NCBI GenBank assembly: GCA_038087875.1
Contig: CM075993.1
Location: 11,968,001 to 12,032,000, forward strand
Direction: 5' to 3'
Source of the DNA: Malacoraja senta
Taxonomy: Eukaryota
DNA: 64,000 nucleotides
The notes below the pieces were generated by a model. That model saw only the letters and a list, made by a program, of their open reading frames with translations, was not told the DNA's origin and searched no databases. How positions within the stretch are numbered: the stretch's first letter is position 1; each line of letters begins with the position of its first letter. Positions 11,533 through 24,268 of this stretch are shown piece by piece. The position numbers and the translations under genes are program-made.

Positions 11533-11706
11533 ACTGTGAGAATCAAACTAATTTTACTGCTTTTGTGCTTAGATCATTTAAGGAAGGTACTTAAACTAAA
11601 ATTTAGATTTGAAGGATGCATTGCATTACTTAAAAAAACAAAGCAAATTACATCTGTTATACAGCGTTAAAGGGATCTTGGGTCAAAACAGATACTAGAC
11701 ACTTAC

Positions 11707-11785
11707 TTGATTCTTCCAATGATGCTGATGAACCAATTACTACGAGACGTGGGTCAAACACCTCCACTGGTCTTACACGTACCAT
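11707..11785 (-). CDS. VPS13C: VPS13C exon (79 nt): MVRVRPVEVFDPRLVVIGSSASLEES
   Basis: tag|ATG...TCA A|gtaagt; poorly conserved linker, but supplies the phase 0 to 1 transition the flanking exons require. Confidence 0.8.
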
Positions 11786-12989
11786 CTACCAGACAGAAAG
11801 AAAATCTGAGTTACTGCAGCACTTTGTGTCTTTCTTCAGTATAAACCAGCATCTGCAGTTCCTTCCTATACAGCTTTTCACTGTACCTCAGTACACATGA
11901 CAACAAATTAAACTTCGCAGGTCAGGTGGCATCTCTCAAGGATAAGTGACGTTTCTTTAGTCAGCCTGAAGAACCCGAAACGTCACCTATTCCTTTTCTC
12001 CAGAGATGCTGCCTACCCGCTGTGTTAGTCCAGTACTTTGTATCTATCTTCAGTAAAAAAAATGATTATGGTTATGGGTATTGATTGAAATGCAGTTGCA
12101 TCGATCACCACCTGCTGGCCAAATGCAACAACGATCCAACATTCAATCCATTTCAGTTCCTATTAAATCGCTCTCAATTCCTCATCGTTTGCCTTCATGG
12201 AGGATTCTCTTATATCACTTCATTCATAGTGAATATCAACCAGTATTCATTAGATTTAAAGAACATTTTTTTAAAGTTGACTTTTTTTTTTTTTGATATG
12301 CTCATCAATTCAATGCATTAAATAAATGGTAAAATGTGTTCCGAAATCAAGACTGTAGAAATAAAACAATAAGAACTGAAGATACTCAGCAAGTCAGGCA
12401 GCATCCATGGAGATAGAAAAATAGTTACTATTAATGTAAAATGAATTTAAAGAGAATTATCTGAAATTTATTCTGAAAATTATCTGAAATAATGATTTTT
12501 AAGACAAATAGGAAATGCTATTAACCCAGAGTATCAAATTACACAAATGCCACTTTTAAGTTTTCAGTCGAACATGAATGAAATTGTCTCACAGTCCGTT
12601 TTTCATGACATTCATCTTAAGCTTATCATTAATGCAGGAGCTGAGGGGGGGGGGGTCTAGTTGACCAAGATCTCTGAGGTGCTTCATGATCAAGATGCAA
12701 GGGCATAAACAACGCAGCCACACTGTGGTGCGCGGAAACATTTAGGTTAATCTTTAAAATTTAATGAATCAATTATGTTTCCTATCAGCAGTACTGTGGC
12801 AATGACAAGATGCCAACACATGGAATTTTGAAACTTCAACGTTACTTGGTCTCAATTTAAGACAAGACTTGACACCAGTCTAATGTCAGGTATTTAAAAT
12901 CAGACCAGTTCATGGTTCCCATGCAAATTGCTCACATACTGAACTTTTGCCCTGAGGGATCGTATCACATGCATTTCCACTGGCTCACC

Positions 12990-13074
12990 CTAATGTTTCA
13001 GGTTGCAGGCACTTGTATATATTTGAATGCCAGCCATACAAATATATACAAGTGCCTGCAACCTGAAACATTAG
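12990..13074. repeat. perfect 36-bp inverted repeat, 13-nt loop
   Basis: 12990-13025 is the exact reverse complement of 13039-13074. Confidence 0.95.
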
Positions 13075-13219
13075 CCCTGCTTCTTTCTGCAGATGTGCCT
13101 GGGCCAGGTGAGAATTTCCAGCATTTTTTGCTTTCAATGTACAGGAAAAATATTTATCCCTGGTAACTATTGTGATTGCGCAATGAGCAAAACTGCAATC
13201 ACCGTGCCAATGGTGGAAC

Positions 13220-13417
13220 GGTGGCACAGCAGTAGAGAAGCTGTCTTACAGCGTTTGAGACCCAGGTTCAATCCTGACTATGGGTGCTGTCTGTACGGAG
13301 TTTGTACGTTCTCCCTGACACTATGTGGGTTTTCTCCAAGATCGGGGATCACTGTTCGGTGCGGACTCGGTCGACCGAAGGACCTGTTTCTGCGTTGTAT
13401 CTCTAAACTAAACTAAA
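13220..13417 (+). mobile_element. V-SINE (internally deleted)
   Basis: tRNA-like head, V-domain, (CTAAA)n tail. Confidence 0.8.
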
Positions 13418-13560
13418 TTGCCAGCAGACAAGAATAGCTTCCCTCAGCGTTCTGCAGAACTCCATTGAAGAGTCATGCCATTTGAAGTGTACATTTTCCA
13501 ACACCACAACATGGCGAGTATCAGAGAGAATGCAGTACTAGTATCAGGCATCACACTGAC

Positions 13561-13696
13561 CTTTGACCTGACAGGCGAGCTGGTGGATGACAACGTCGGA
13601 GGAAGGGGAATACTATCAGCAAGTTGACAAACACTTCGCAGTTTTTGATCAGACATTTTGATGTGGACCAAAGGGAGCTCCCCTGATACTTTAAAC
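13561..13696 (-). CDS. VPS13C: VPS13C exon (136 nt): FKVSGELPLVHIKMSDQKLRSVCQLADSIPLPPTLSSTSSPVRSK
   Basis: cag|G TTT...AAG|gtcagt; donor chosen because it keeps phase 0. Confidence 0.88.
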
Positions 13697-13769
13697 CTGA
13701 AAAAGAATCACTTCAGTGAAACAATCCACGACATTCAAAATCCCATTACTATCATTGATTGGACATTCT

Positions 13770-14110
13770 GTAATATAGAACAGTACGGCACAGGAACAGG
13801 CCCTTCAGCCCACAATGTCTGTGCCGAACACAATGCCACGATAAACTAATTTCCTCAACCTGCATATGATCAATATCCCTCCATTCCCTGCATATCCATG
13901 TGCCAACTAAAAGCCTTGTAAATTGCATACCACCCCTGGTAGTGCATTCCAGCCACCCAGTAATTAAAAACTTGCACCACACATATCTTTTGGACTTTGT
14001 CCCGCTCACCTTAAAGCTATGCCCTCTAGTCTTGACATTTTCACAGTGGAATAAAAGTTCTGACTGTCTAACCTATCTATGCCTCTCATAACTTCTGTAT
14101 ACCTCTTATA
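13770..14110 (-). mobile_element. CR1 LINE 3' end
   Basis: Reverse complement of the CR1 3' UTR seen at 6850-7150. Confidence 0.7.
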
Positions 14111-14126
14111 ACACCAGAATTAAGAA

Positions 14127-14421
14127 TGGCACAGTGGCGCAGCGGTAGAGTTGCTGCCTTACAGCGCCAGAGATCTGGGTTTAATCCTGACTATACAGAG
14201 TTCGTACGTTTTCCCTGCGACCAAGTGGGTTTTCTCCGGGTGCTCCAGTTTCCTTCTACACTCCAAAGACGTACACGTTTGGAGGTTATGGTTAATTTGA
14301 CTTCGGTAAAATTGTAAATTGTCCCTAGTGTGTAGGGCAGTGCTAGTGTACGGGGATCGCTGGTTGGCACCGACTCGGTAGGCCGAAGGGCCTGTTTCCA
14401 CGCTGTATCTCTAAAGTCTAA
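14127..14421 (+). mobile_element. V-SINE (HE1-like)
   Basis: Full head, V-domain and tail. Confidence 0.85.
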
Positions 14422-14665
14422 ATTATTTAATCAGCGGAATTCAAATTCCAGTGGAATTGGAACTCATTTTCAGAACAGTCACCCACACTTCTGCCGTACT
14501 TCACCCCCCACCTCCAGCACTCCCTCGGCATTGCACCAGAGTTTCCGTCTACACGTACACAGTGTGACTTAAACCCAACTGAGCCACATCAAGCCACTAC
14601 TTATGATAGAGGCATTCTGTCATGAAATTCACGAGTCACTGAGGGTATCTAATTCTATTAAAATT

Positions 14666-14969
14666 AGTTTAGTCTAGTTTAGTTTAGAGATACAGTGCAG
14701 AAACAGGCCCTTTGGCCCACCGAGTCCACACCGACCAGCCCCGCACAGTAACACTATCCAACACACACTAGGGACAATTCACAATTATGCCAAACCAATT
14801 AACCAACAAACCTTTGGAGTTTGGGAGGAAACCTGAGCTTCCAGAGAAAACCTACATAGGTCACAGAGAGCACGTACAAACTCCATACAAACAAGCACCC
14901 ATAGTCAGGATTGAACCCGGGTCTCTGGAGCTGTAAGGCAGCAACTCTACCACTGAGCCACCGTGCTGT
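14666..14969 (-). mobile_element. V-SINE (HE1-like)
   Basis: Full head, V-domain and tail on minus strand. Confidence 0.85.
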
Positions 14970-15344
14970 CCTAGATTAGTGTTCTGAAATTTATTTTTGT
15001 GTTAGCGACTACTTATAGCAAATGCTCATTCCCTGACAATTGCAAATCAGTGTGATTATTCTTGCATAAATGAGTAAGAGATTTAAGTATTTTCATCTAC
15101 CAAATATGATTTTATTTCATTTGTAAAATAATATTAAAGATACAAAGTAAGATCAGGTCAAATTTGGGCAGCTGCCATTTGGCATCATGGGCATTTGGCA
15201 ATTTCACAAGAGGGCCCTGATGCTGCTACTTCTACATGTATGTTGGAGACACTGAAACAGATACTATTAAACATGCAAGAATGTGGACCTTGCTTTGCTG
15301 AAATTCAATATTCGCCAAAAGGACGTTAAAATCAGCTGTATAAT

Positions 15345-16982
15345 CTTCCTGATGTACTAGTAGCCAGAGGATCTGGGGTGAGGAGGATCTAAAGGAAATC
15401 CACATTGGGCAAGAAATGGTGTTGGGTAGACTGATGGGACTGAAGGCTGATAAATCCCCAGGGCCTGATGGTCTGCATCCCAGGGTATTAAAGGAAGTGG
15501 CTCTAGAAATCGTGGATGCATTGGTGATCATTTTCCAATGTTCTATAGATTCAGGATCAGTTCCTGTGGATTGGAGGGTAGCAAATGTTATCCCACTTTT
15601 TAAGAAAGGCAGGAAAACAGGGAATTATAGACCAGTTAGGCTGACATCGGTGGTGGGGAAGATGCTGGAGTCAATCATAAAAGATGAAAATCTGCATATT
15701 TGGTTAGCAGTAACAGGATCGGTCCGAGTCAGCATGGATTAACGAAGGGGAAATCATGCTTGACTAATCTTCTGGAATTTTTTGAGAATATAACTAGAAA
15801 AATGGACAAGGGAGAGGCAGTGGATGTAGTGTACCTGGACTTTCAGAAAACATTTGAGAAGGTCCCACAGAGAAGATTAGAGGGCACATGGTATTGGGAG
15901 TGGTAGGGCACATGGTATTGGGAGTAGAGTGCTGACATGGATAGAAAATTGGTTGGCAGACAGGAAACAAAGAGTAGGGATTTCAGAATGGCAGGCAGTG
16001 ACTAGTGGGGGTGCCGCAAGGCTCGGTGCTGGGACCACAGCTATTTACAATATATATTAATGATTTAGATGAAGGGATTACGTAACATTAGCAAATTTGC
16101 AGATGTCACAAAGCTAGGTGGCAGTGTGAACTGTGAGGAGGATGTTATGAGAATGCAGGTTGTGAGGTTATCCACTTTGGTAACAAAAACAGGAGAGCAG
16201 ATTATTATCTAAATAGTGTCAAGTTGGGAAAAGGGGAAGTACAACGGGATCTGTGGATCCTTGTTCATCAGTCAATGAAAGTAAGCATGCAGGTACAGCA
16301 GGCAGTGAAGAAAGTGAATGGCATGTTGGCCTTCATAACAAGGGGAGTTGATATAGCAGCAAAGAGGTCCTTCTGCAGTTATATAGGGCCCTAGTGAGAC
16401 CACACCTGGAGTATTGTGTGCAGTTTTTGTCTCCAAATTTGAGGAAGGACATTCTTGCTATTGAGGGAGTGCAGTGTAAATTCACAAGGTTAATTCCCGG
16501 GATGGTGGGGCTGTCATATGCTGAGAGAATGTAGCGGCTGGGCTTGTATACTCTAGAATTTAGAAGGATGAGAGGATATATTATTGAAACATATAAGATT
16601 ATTAAGGGTTTGGACATGCTACAGGCAGGAAACATGTTCCCGATGTTGGGGGAGTCCAGAAGCAGGGGCCACAATTTAAGAATAAGGGGTAAGCCATTTA
16701 GAATACAGATGAGGAAACACTTTTTAATACAGAGAGTTGTGAATCTATGGAATTCTCTGCCTCAGAGGGCAGTGGGGGCCAGTTCCCTGGATACTTTCAA
16801 GAGAGAGATAGATAGGGCTCTTAAAGATAGCATAGTCAGGGGATATGGGGAGAAGGCAGGAACGGGGTACTGATTGTGGATGATTAGCCATGATTAGCCA
16901 TGATTAGCCATTGAATGGCAGTGCTGGCTCGAAGGGCAGAATGGCCTACTCGTGCACCTATTATCTATTGTCTACTGTCTAT
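15345..16982 (+). mobile_element. CR1 LINE ORF2 (RT), 5'-truncated and frameshifted
   Basis: KSPGPDGLHPRVLKE, NYRPV.LTS, QHG.TKGKSCLTNL, YLDFQK motifs; CR1 3' UTR. Confidence 0.93.
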
Positions 16983-17190
16983 AACAAACATTAGATAGCT
17001 ACAAAGTGCTGGAGTTACTCAGCAGGTCAGGCAGCCTATCTGGAGAAAAAAAGATGGGTGACGTTTTGGGCTGGTCTGAAGAAGGGTCGATCCAAAACGT
17101 CACCCATGTTGAGTTACTCCAGCACTTTGTGTTCAACTTCGGTATAAACCAGCATCTGCTGTTCCATTCTGCACTGTATAGCAAACATAC

Positions 17191-17308
17191 TTGGGTATTC
17201 TGCTGTCTTTCTCCACGATGGCTCTGGAAAGCTGCATCTTGACATCCAGGGGTTGCAGTATGTGCTGAGAGGAGGAGGATTGCTTGCGAGCAGACTTCCA
17301 ATCTTGAC
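17191..17308 (-). CDS. VPS13C: VPS13C exon (118 nt): QDWKSARKQSSSSQHILQPLDVKMQLSRAIVEKDSRIP(K)
   Basis: cag|GT CAA...AA|gtatgt. Confidence 0.94.
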
Positions 17309-20029
17309 CTGAACAAGTTGAATTGATGTTTTTGTTAATACTAACATTTGAAATGACAATTGCTTTTGAAAATTCAAAATAGAGACAATTCCATTAAATC
17401 CCCTCTAGCCCCATTATCAAGAAACTTTGATTGCCTATTTCTACATCGAAAGATGACATTTCAAAAGTACTTCACTGATTGTTGAGAAGTTCGAGGTTGC
17501 ATCACGTGGTCGTTGTGCAACCAGTTATTTTTCTTTTCCAAATGAAAACACAAAGAGGTCAAAATCTGATTGCTATGCATCACCGTGTAGCTTGTACAGC
17601 CACCAATTATCATAAAATCTATTCAAATCTTCAAATAAAAGCCATTCACTGCATACTAGATTATGCCTGATTGATATCCGCAGATTATTGATTAGCAGTA
17701 TTGTGTGTCTGTTAATTTAGCAGCCAGGTTTATGGCTATTTCCAGGGGTGATTGATCCTGGCACCAGTTACTGGTTCTGCCTCACAGCTCCAGCAACCCA
17801 TGTGTAATTCAAGCCTCTGATGCAATCTGGGGAGTTTCTATATTCTCCATCTCCATAGATTCCTGCCAGGAGCTCGTTTCCTCCCACGTCTCAAAATTAA
17901 TCGGCCACTATAAATGACCCCAAGCATAGCTGGATGGCAGGGGAGTTGGGGGCCATGTTGATGGGCAGTTAAGGGATGACACGGATGACACGGATGACAA
18001 AAGAAATGTCAGGGAAATAAGTGGTGGAATGGAAAATATAAACTGCTGTAAGAGCTGGAATAGGCTATTGTCCTTGGACTCCGAAGGCATAGAAGGATAC
18101 AGTCGTTTGATGCAAACTAAACGTCGTTTGCATCAAATTCCCGTTATTCCCCTTATTCTGTATTTGTACACCGTGGATGCCTCGAATGTAATCTTGTATT
18201 GTCTTTCCGCTGACTGGTTAGCATGCAACAAAAGCCTTTCACTGTACCTCGGCACATGTGACAATAAACTAAACTCAACTCATAATCAAGCAAATGGGTT
18301 CAGTGAAGGTGGGCAAAATTGTCAGTGTCGACCTGGTAGGTTGAAGGGCCTGGATCTCTGCTGTTTAATTCTGACTGAATATCATATGAAAATACCAAGA
18401 TAATTCGCTCTGGTTCACCAAAGTGAACTAGGTATTGCCTCATTAATGGTCGTATTATCTAACCTCCCCTGCTAAATGAGAATTCTTTCAAAATCTGATC
18501 ACAAATTGGAGCAGTAGATAGCTGGAAATAAGAGATTACACAGATTCCAAACTGTAACATATCTTAGGCCAGGGATAAATACAATTCAAATTCTCAATAA
18601 AAAAATGTTTCATGCAATGATGATTATTATGGTGCTTTCTTTGTAAAACATGCTGAGAATAACCTCTACTCTGGCACTATGCTGAAGGGTACAACAATTG
18701 AGAATATTATGTATTACAAATCTGAATGGAAAAATCACTGCATATTAGCATCCAAATACCACAGATGTGTGAACATTTTCCACATGATTGCATGCATTTC
18801 TCCCAGTTGCTCTGGCTTTTTCCCAGATCCCAAGGTCATGCTGGTTGGTAGGTTAATCGGTCGCTAAATTGCCCGCAGTGCGTGTAGATGTGAGGTGGGA
18901 TCTGGGAGGGATTGGGAAGGGGGAGTTGATGGGAATTTATGAGATGGCAGTGCAGACTCCATGGGCCAAAGCGTGCATTTATGTGCTATACAACTGCATC
19001 CGAGGAAACAATTTCTGAATTTCAAAACAATTTAATTCCAAGAATGGACTCCAGGAAGTGGAATACTTCTTCTTGACACTCAGTGCCACTGCTACAGCTC
19101 AACTTATTCTGCATTAAAATCCCTCATTCACTGCATGCCAGCACCTCTTGTCTTGCTTCAGGAAAGATAGGCCGAAGCAACCCATTCTGCACACTTTAAA
19201 ATACTGGGGCAGGAGTAACCTGTACTACAGGAATGGATGGATTGTACCTGAACTAGAGTTGCTGCCTTACAGTGCCAGACACCCAAGTTTGATTCTGACT
19301 ACGAGTATGTACGGAGTTTGCACGTTCTCCCTGTGACTGCATGGGTTTTCTCTGGGTGCTCAGGTTTCCTCCCACACTCCATGCAGGTTTGTGGGTTAAT
19401 TGGATAAAACTGCATTGATTTCAATGTAAGAGGCTTGATGGATAAGGCACATGAACTGAGGGAATGAATAAGTACATGGAACTGAGATATTATAACTATT
19501 GCAGAAATGTGGCTCACGAAGAGACAGAAAAGGCAGCTCAATGTTCCAGGTTCAAATGCTACAGGAGGGATGGGTGAAGTAAAGAGAGGAGAAGGAGTTG
19601 TCTTTTTGATCAGGAAGAACATCATGGCGGTACTGAGAAAGGATATTCCTGGGGATCGTCCAGAGAGGCTATATCAGTGGAACTGAGAAATAAGAATGGG
19701 GGTGATCACAATCGTCAGAGCTAATTAGGGGAAATAGGAGATCAACAGCATTGCAAAAGTGGAATGAGTTGCTGGTGGAATTAGTGAGGCAGATATAATT
19801 ATAACATTTAAAAGACACTTGGACAGGTCCATGGATAGGAAACGTTTGGAGGGATATGGACCAGGCACAGGCATGTGGGGCTAACTCAGTTACACAACTT
19901 TATCGGCATGGATAAGTTCTGAACAACTCTTGACAAATCTCAGGAAAGTAATGTATTAATACAAATTATCAGCCTTTCTCCTGACTCTATGACTGTTAAA
20001 GACTTATGTATATATCGTTCCTCTCACAG

Positions 20030-20395
20030 CACGAGGAAATCCCAAAAATGCTTTACAACCAATAAAATACTTTATTGAAGTGCAGTGATACAGGAAACAC
20101 CACAGCTAAATTGTTACAGGACATTCTGCAACATAACAAGTATATTAATTGAACAATAAATATTGCCTAGAACACAGGGGACAGCTCAAGCACTTCTCCC
20201 AAACAATATCTTAGGATCTTAAATATTCACTGAAATGCGGCTCCATTAAACATCACATCCGAAGGACTCCCATTCTGCACTCTTCAGTGCTGCATGTGGA
20301 CCTTCAACTGGATTTAGTATTCACGTCTCTGGGAGATTTCGAACCATGAGCTTGTGACACAGAGGGCTGAAAACTACCACTGTATCAGAGCTGTG
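20030..20395 (-). mobile_element. DeuSINE (SacSINE1-like), old
   Basis: Minus-strand tRNA-like head with GGTTCGAAAT, CAGCACTGAAGAGTGCAG...TTCGGATGTGATGTTTAA Deu-like core, and L2-type 3' end TTGTAAAGCATTTTTGGGA; recognised from memory. Confidence 0.6.
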
Positions 20396-20522
20396 CCATC
20401 TTCCAGCAGTCTCTGACCAGTTTAAACTACTTGACAATGCACAGACAGTGAAGGACTCAAAGTGGGGATTTAAGCTCTAAGGAAAGGCTACGCCAATTTA
20501 AAATACAATTTAAAATATATAC

Positions 20523-20652
20523 CTGGTTCACTGAACAAAAGTTGAACGCTTCTGAGCTCCACGACAAACTTTTCATAGGCTCGTTGCAGGATTTCCTCCA
20601 AGGATAAGGTTGGAGACGTTGCTTTCAGATCATTGTGGTCAATACTGTTTAA
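20523..20652 (-). CDS. VPS13C: VPS13C exon (130 nt): LNSIDHNDLKATSPTLSLEEILQRAYEKFVVELRSVQLLFSEP(G)
   Basis: cag|TTA...CCA G|gtata. Confidence 0.93.
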
Positions 20653-20792
20653 CTGACAAGAGATACATTTATTATTAGTACATGCTTTGTTATTCACATG
20701 CAACAAGATAGCTCAAAATTCCCAAAGATCATGGTCCAAGCTTTCAGTGCAAAGTACAAAACAGCAATGATAGACCCAAAGTACCAGAGTAA

Positions 20793-21134
20793 TGGGCCTG
20801 TCCCACATACGCAACATTTTCGGCGAATACCGGCACCCGTCATAGGTCGTTGAAGATCGCCGCAAAATGTTCAATATGTTGAAAATCCAGTGGCGACCAG
20901 AACAAGGAACGACTCTTTGGGCGACTACTCACGACCATACAGGCTTCACCCCGCGACATGTCGCCAGGGTGTCGCCTGTATGGTTGTGAGTCGTCCCCTC
21001 AGTCGCCCAAAGAGTTGTAGTGTCTTTCTGGTCACCGCTGGATTTTCAACTTGTTGGAAATTTTCAGCAACCTGCAACGACCTATGACGGGTGCCGACAA
21101 ACGCCGTAAAAGTCGAGTAAGTGGGACAGGCCCA
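20793..21134. mobile_element. palindromic MITE (PIF/Harbinger-like)
   Basis: TIR TGGGCCTGTCCCAC/GTGGGACAGGCCCA; flanks TAA/TTA; body is an imperfect palindrome centred on GCGACATGTCGC. Confidence 0.85.
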
Positions 21135-21389
21135 TTACTCAGCGACATCGGATCGTCTGACGACGGATCCCAACCCAAAACGTCACCTATCCTTTTTCTC
21201 CAGAGATGCTACCTGACCCGCTGAGTTTCTCTCGCACTTTGTGTCTATTTCCTCTAAACCTGCAGTTCTTTGCTTGTACAAAACAGCTGATTGGAATTTC
21301 TGGTCAACAATTTGGCTCACTCAAACTTCTGAACAACTCTTGCCAAACCTCAGAAAATAATTTCTGTAGACCATCAAGATCTGCCAATA

Positions 21390-22255
21390 TTCCCCCCATT
21401 CTCTGCATATCCATGTACTTATTCAAAAGTTTCTTAAATGCCACTATTGTATCTGCCTCCACACCACCTCTGACAGCATGTTCTTACTATGTAATAAACT
21501 TACCCCGCACATCTCTTTAAACCTTGCCACTCTCATCTTAAAACTATGTCCTCTAGTATGTGATATTTCTATCCTGGGAAATAGATTCTGACTGTCTGCC
21601 TCATAATAATATGCCTCTCATAATTGTAAATACTTCTGTCATGTCTCCCCACAACCTCTGAAATCTCGAGAAAACATTCCAAGTTCGCCCAACCTCTCCC
21701 TGTAGCTAATACAGGTAATTATTCTGGCAAACCTCCTCTGCGCCCTTTCCAAAGGCTCCACATCCTTCCAATAATGGGGAGCAGAGAAATGCATGCAATA
21801 CTCCAAATGCAGTCTAACAAAAGTCTTATACAGCTGCATCATGACTTCCTCACTCCTCCTCAATGACCCAAATAATGAAGGCAAGCATACCAAATGTCTT
21901 CCCACTCTATCTACTTGTGTTGCCAAACCTCTGGTTTATGAAATATATAAACAAGTTAGCAAAAACATACGTGGGTCGATTAGTAAGTTTGCAGACAACA
22001 CAAAAATTGCGGGAGTTGTGGATAGTATGGAAGGTTATGAAAGGACTGACCAGCATGTAGATTAATTGGGGATGTGGGCAGGACAATTTGATGGAGTCTA
22101 ATCTGAATAAGTGTGAAGAGTTGAACTTTGGTAGGACAAATGCAAGGGGAAAACATACAATTAATAGCAAGACCCTTGGAAGCTTTGAAGCAAGGATGGA
22201 TCCTGGGGTACAAGTCAATAGACAATAGACATTGGTCCCTGAGAGTGGCAATACA
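21390..22255. mobile_element. CR1 LINE fragments in opposite orientations (minus 21390-21925, plus 21940-22255)
   Basis: LYKTFVRLHLEYC on minus strand; ISKFADNTK on plus strand. Confidence 0.75.
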
Positions 22256-22439
22256 AGAAGGTGACACAAAGTGCTGGAGTAACTCAGTTGGTCAGGCAGC
22301 ATCCTGGAGAACATGGAGAGGTGACGTTTCAGGTTGAGACTCTTCTTCAGATTTTAATCTCAAACAAGATTACTTTTACTGACAGAGGACATCTGGTATG
22401 GTGGAATAATGGAGGAGCCACATATTTTTAATTCATGCA

Positions 22440-23820
22440 AGGTATGTGGATTTCCCAGTATGCGCCAGCATTTAATTGCCTATCCCTAATTGTCCTTGAG
22501 GTGGTGGGGGAGCAGCCTTTATGAACCACCGCATTCCTTACACATGTGGCTGCTCCCACAATGCTGTAATGGAGAGTTCCAGGATTCTGACCCAGTAATG
22601 GTGAAGAGGATAATTTCTACATCAGGGTACTGCGTGACTTAAGCTTTCAGGTGATGGTGGTGTTCCCGTGCTTTTACTGTCCATGTCCTGGTTACGCTGG
22701 TAAGTTTGGAAAGTGCAATCTAGGGAATCTTGGTGAGTTGCAGCAGGGCATCTTCCATCTGACACAAACTGTTGCTACTGTGTGACGGTGGAGTGAGTGG
22801 ATGTCTATCAAATGGGTTGCTGTATATCAAGCTTCTTGAATGTTGTTGAAACTGCACTCATTCAGGGTGGCACAGTGCGCAGCGGTAGAGTTGCTGCCTT
22901 ACAACGCCAGACACCCGGGTTCAATCCTGACTACGGGTGTTATGTGTACGGAGTTTGTACGTTCACCCTGAGACCGCATGTGTTTTCTCTGGGTGCTCCG
23001 GTTTCCTCCCACATTCCAGGTTTGTAGATTATTTGGCTTTAGTTAAAATTATACATTGTTCTGTGTGTAGGGTAGTGCAAGTATATGGGGTGATCGATGG
23101 TTGGCACAGACTCTGTGGGCCAATGGGCCTGGTTCCATGCTGTATCTGTAAAGTCTAAAGGTGTGCAAAGAGTATTCCATCAAATTGATAACTTGAGCCT
23201 TGTACAGGCTTTGGGGAGTTCCAATGCAAGTTACTTACTGCAGATTTCCTATCCTCTGATCTGCTCTTGCAGTCAGACTGTGCATAAGGCTACTCCAGAT
23301 CAGTGTCTGGTCAACGATAATGCCCAGGATAGTGATAGTGGGGGATTCATTGACGGGAATGCCATTGAATGTCACGGGGTAATAGCTGGATTTTCTTTTG
23401 TTAAATATCATCATTGCCAGGAACTTGTGTGACCATTCCTTCTCTCCAGAGATGCTGCCTGCCGCGTTGAGTTACTCCAGCATGTATCTATCTTCACTTG
23501 TGTGACATGCCAGTTGCTCACCGTCTATCAGCCCAGACCATCTGTCTACATTTTGAAGTGGGCTGCTTCATGACCCAATGAGTTATAAATGGTGTTGAGC
23601 ATCTCTACTTATGATCTTACAATTGAAGGAAGGTTATTGATGGAACAGACATAAATGGTTGGGTCTTGGACAATACCCATCCCAAAGGGATGTCCTGGGA
23701 CTGAGATGATTGACTCCATGACCATCTTCCTTTGTATTAGGTATGATTCTAACCAGCAAAGGATTTCCCTCCTGATTCCCCCTGACGTGTGTTTTTGGAA
23801 CCAAACACTTGGAAACTGAG
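22440..23820 (-). mobile_element. old CR1/L2-group LINE, interrupted by a SINE
   Basis: RT remnant (GIR...WLESYL..RKM; PTIY.C.IN.LPSIVRS); same 3' end type occurs on plus strand at 57600-57690. Confidence 0.6.
22865..23159 (+). mobile_element. V-SINE (HE1-like)
   Basis: Head, V-domain and tail. Confidence 0.8.
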
Positions 23821-24268
23821 AATACCAGGCAGCAAGGCACATTGTACGTACAGTTAAACACAATCAAACAATAAGCCAGAGAAATTTACCGCACAAGAGG
23901 TAGATTTTCAGCTCACTGTTTCCATGTTAGCTAAAGTACTCAGTCTTTAGCTTTGTCACTTAGTAGCTCTGTCTCTCTGTCTCTAGCCTTGTGGGGAATC
24001 GCACATTAAATGTAATGATAGTTTCTGCTCCACTCCTCTTCTGAACAGCGTTTCCACTCTAGCTGATGCTACTTTAAATCTATGTGTCCAATCACCGCCC
24101 CTTCCTGTTCACTTTTCAAGGCATCTAATTTTATTTACTTCTCATATCTCTCACATCAATACCCCTTGTTTCAATAAAAATATCTCAACCTATCCAAGGT
24201 AGACTATCCAAACTCTTATTATGATCAACGGTCTATAGTATTGACGATAAACAATTCAATGTGCTAGA

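Noticed and set aside
14127..14200. tRNA gene-like A/B boxes (also in other SINE heads)
   Set aside because: Each continues into a V-domain and LINE-derived tail, so these are SINE heads, not tRNA genes.
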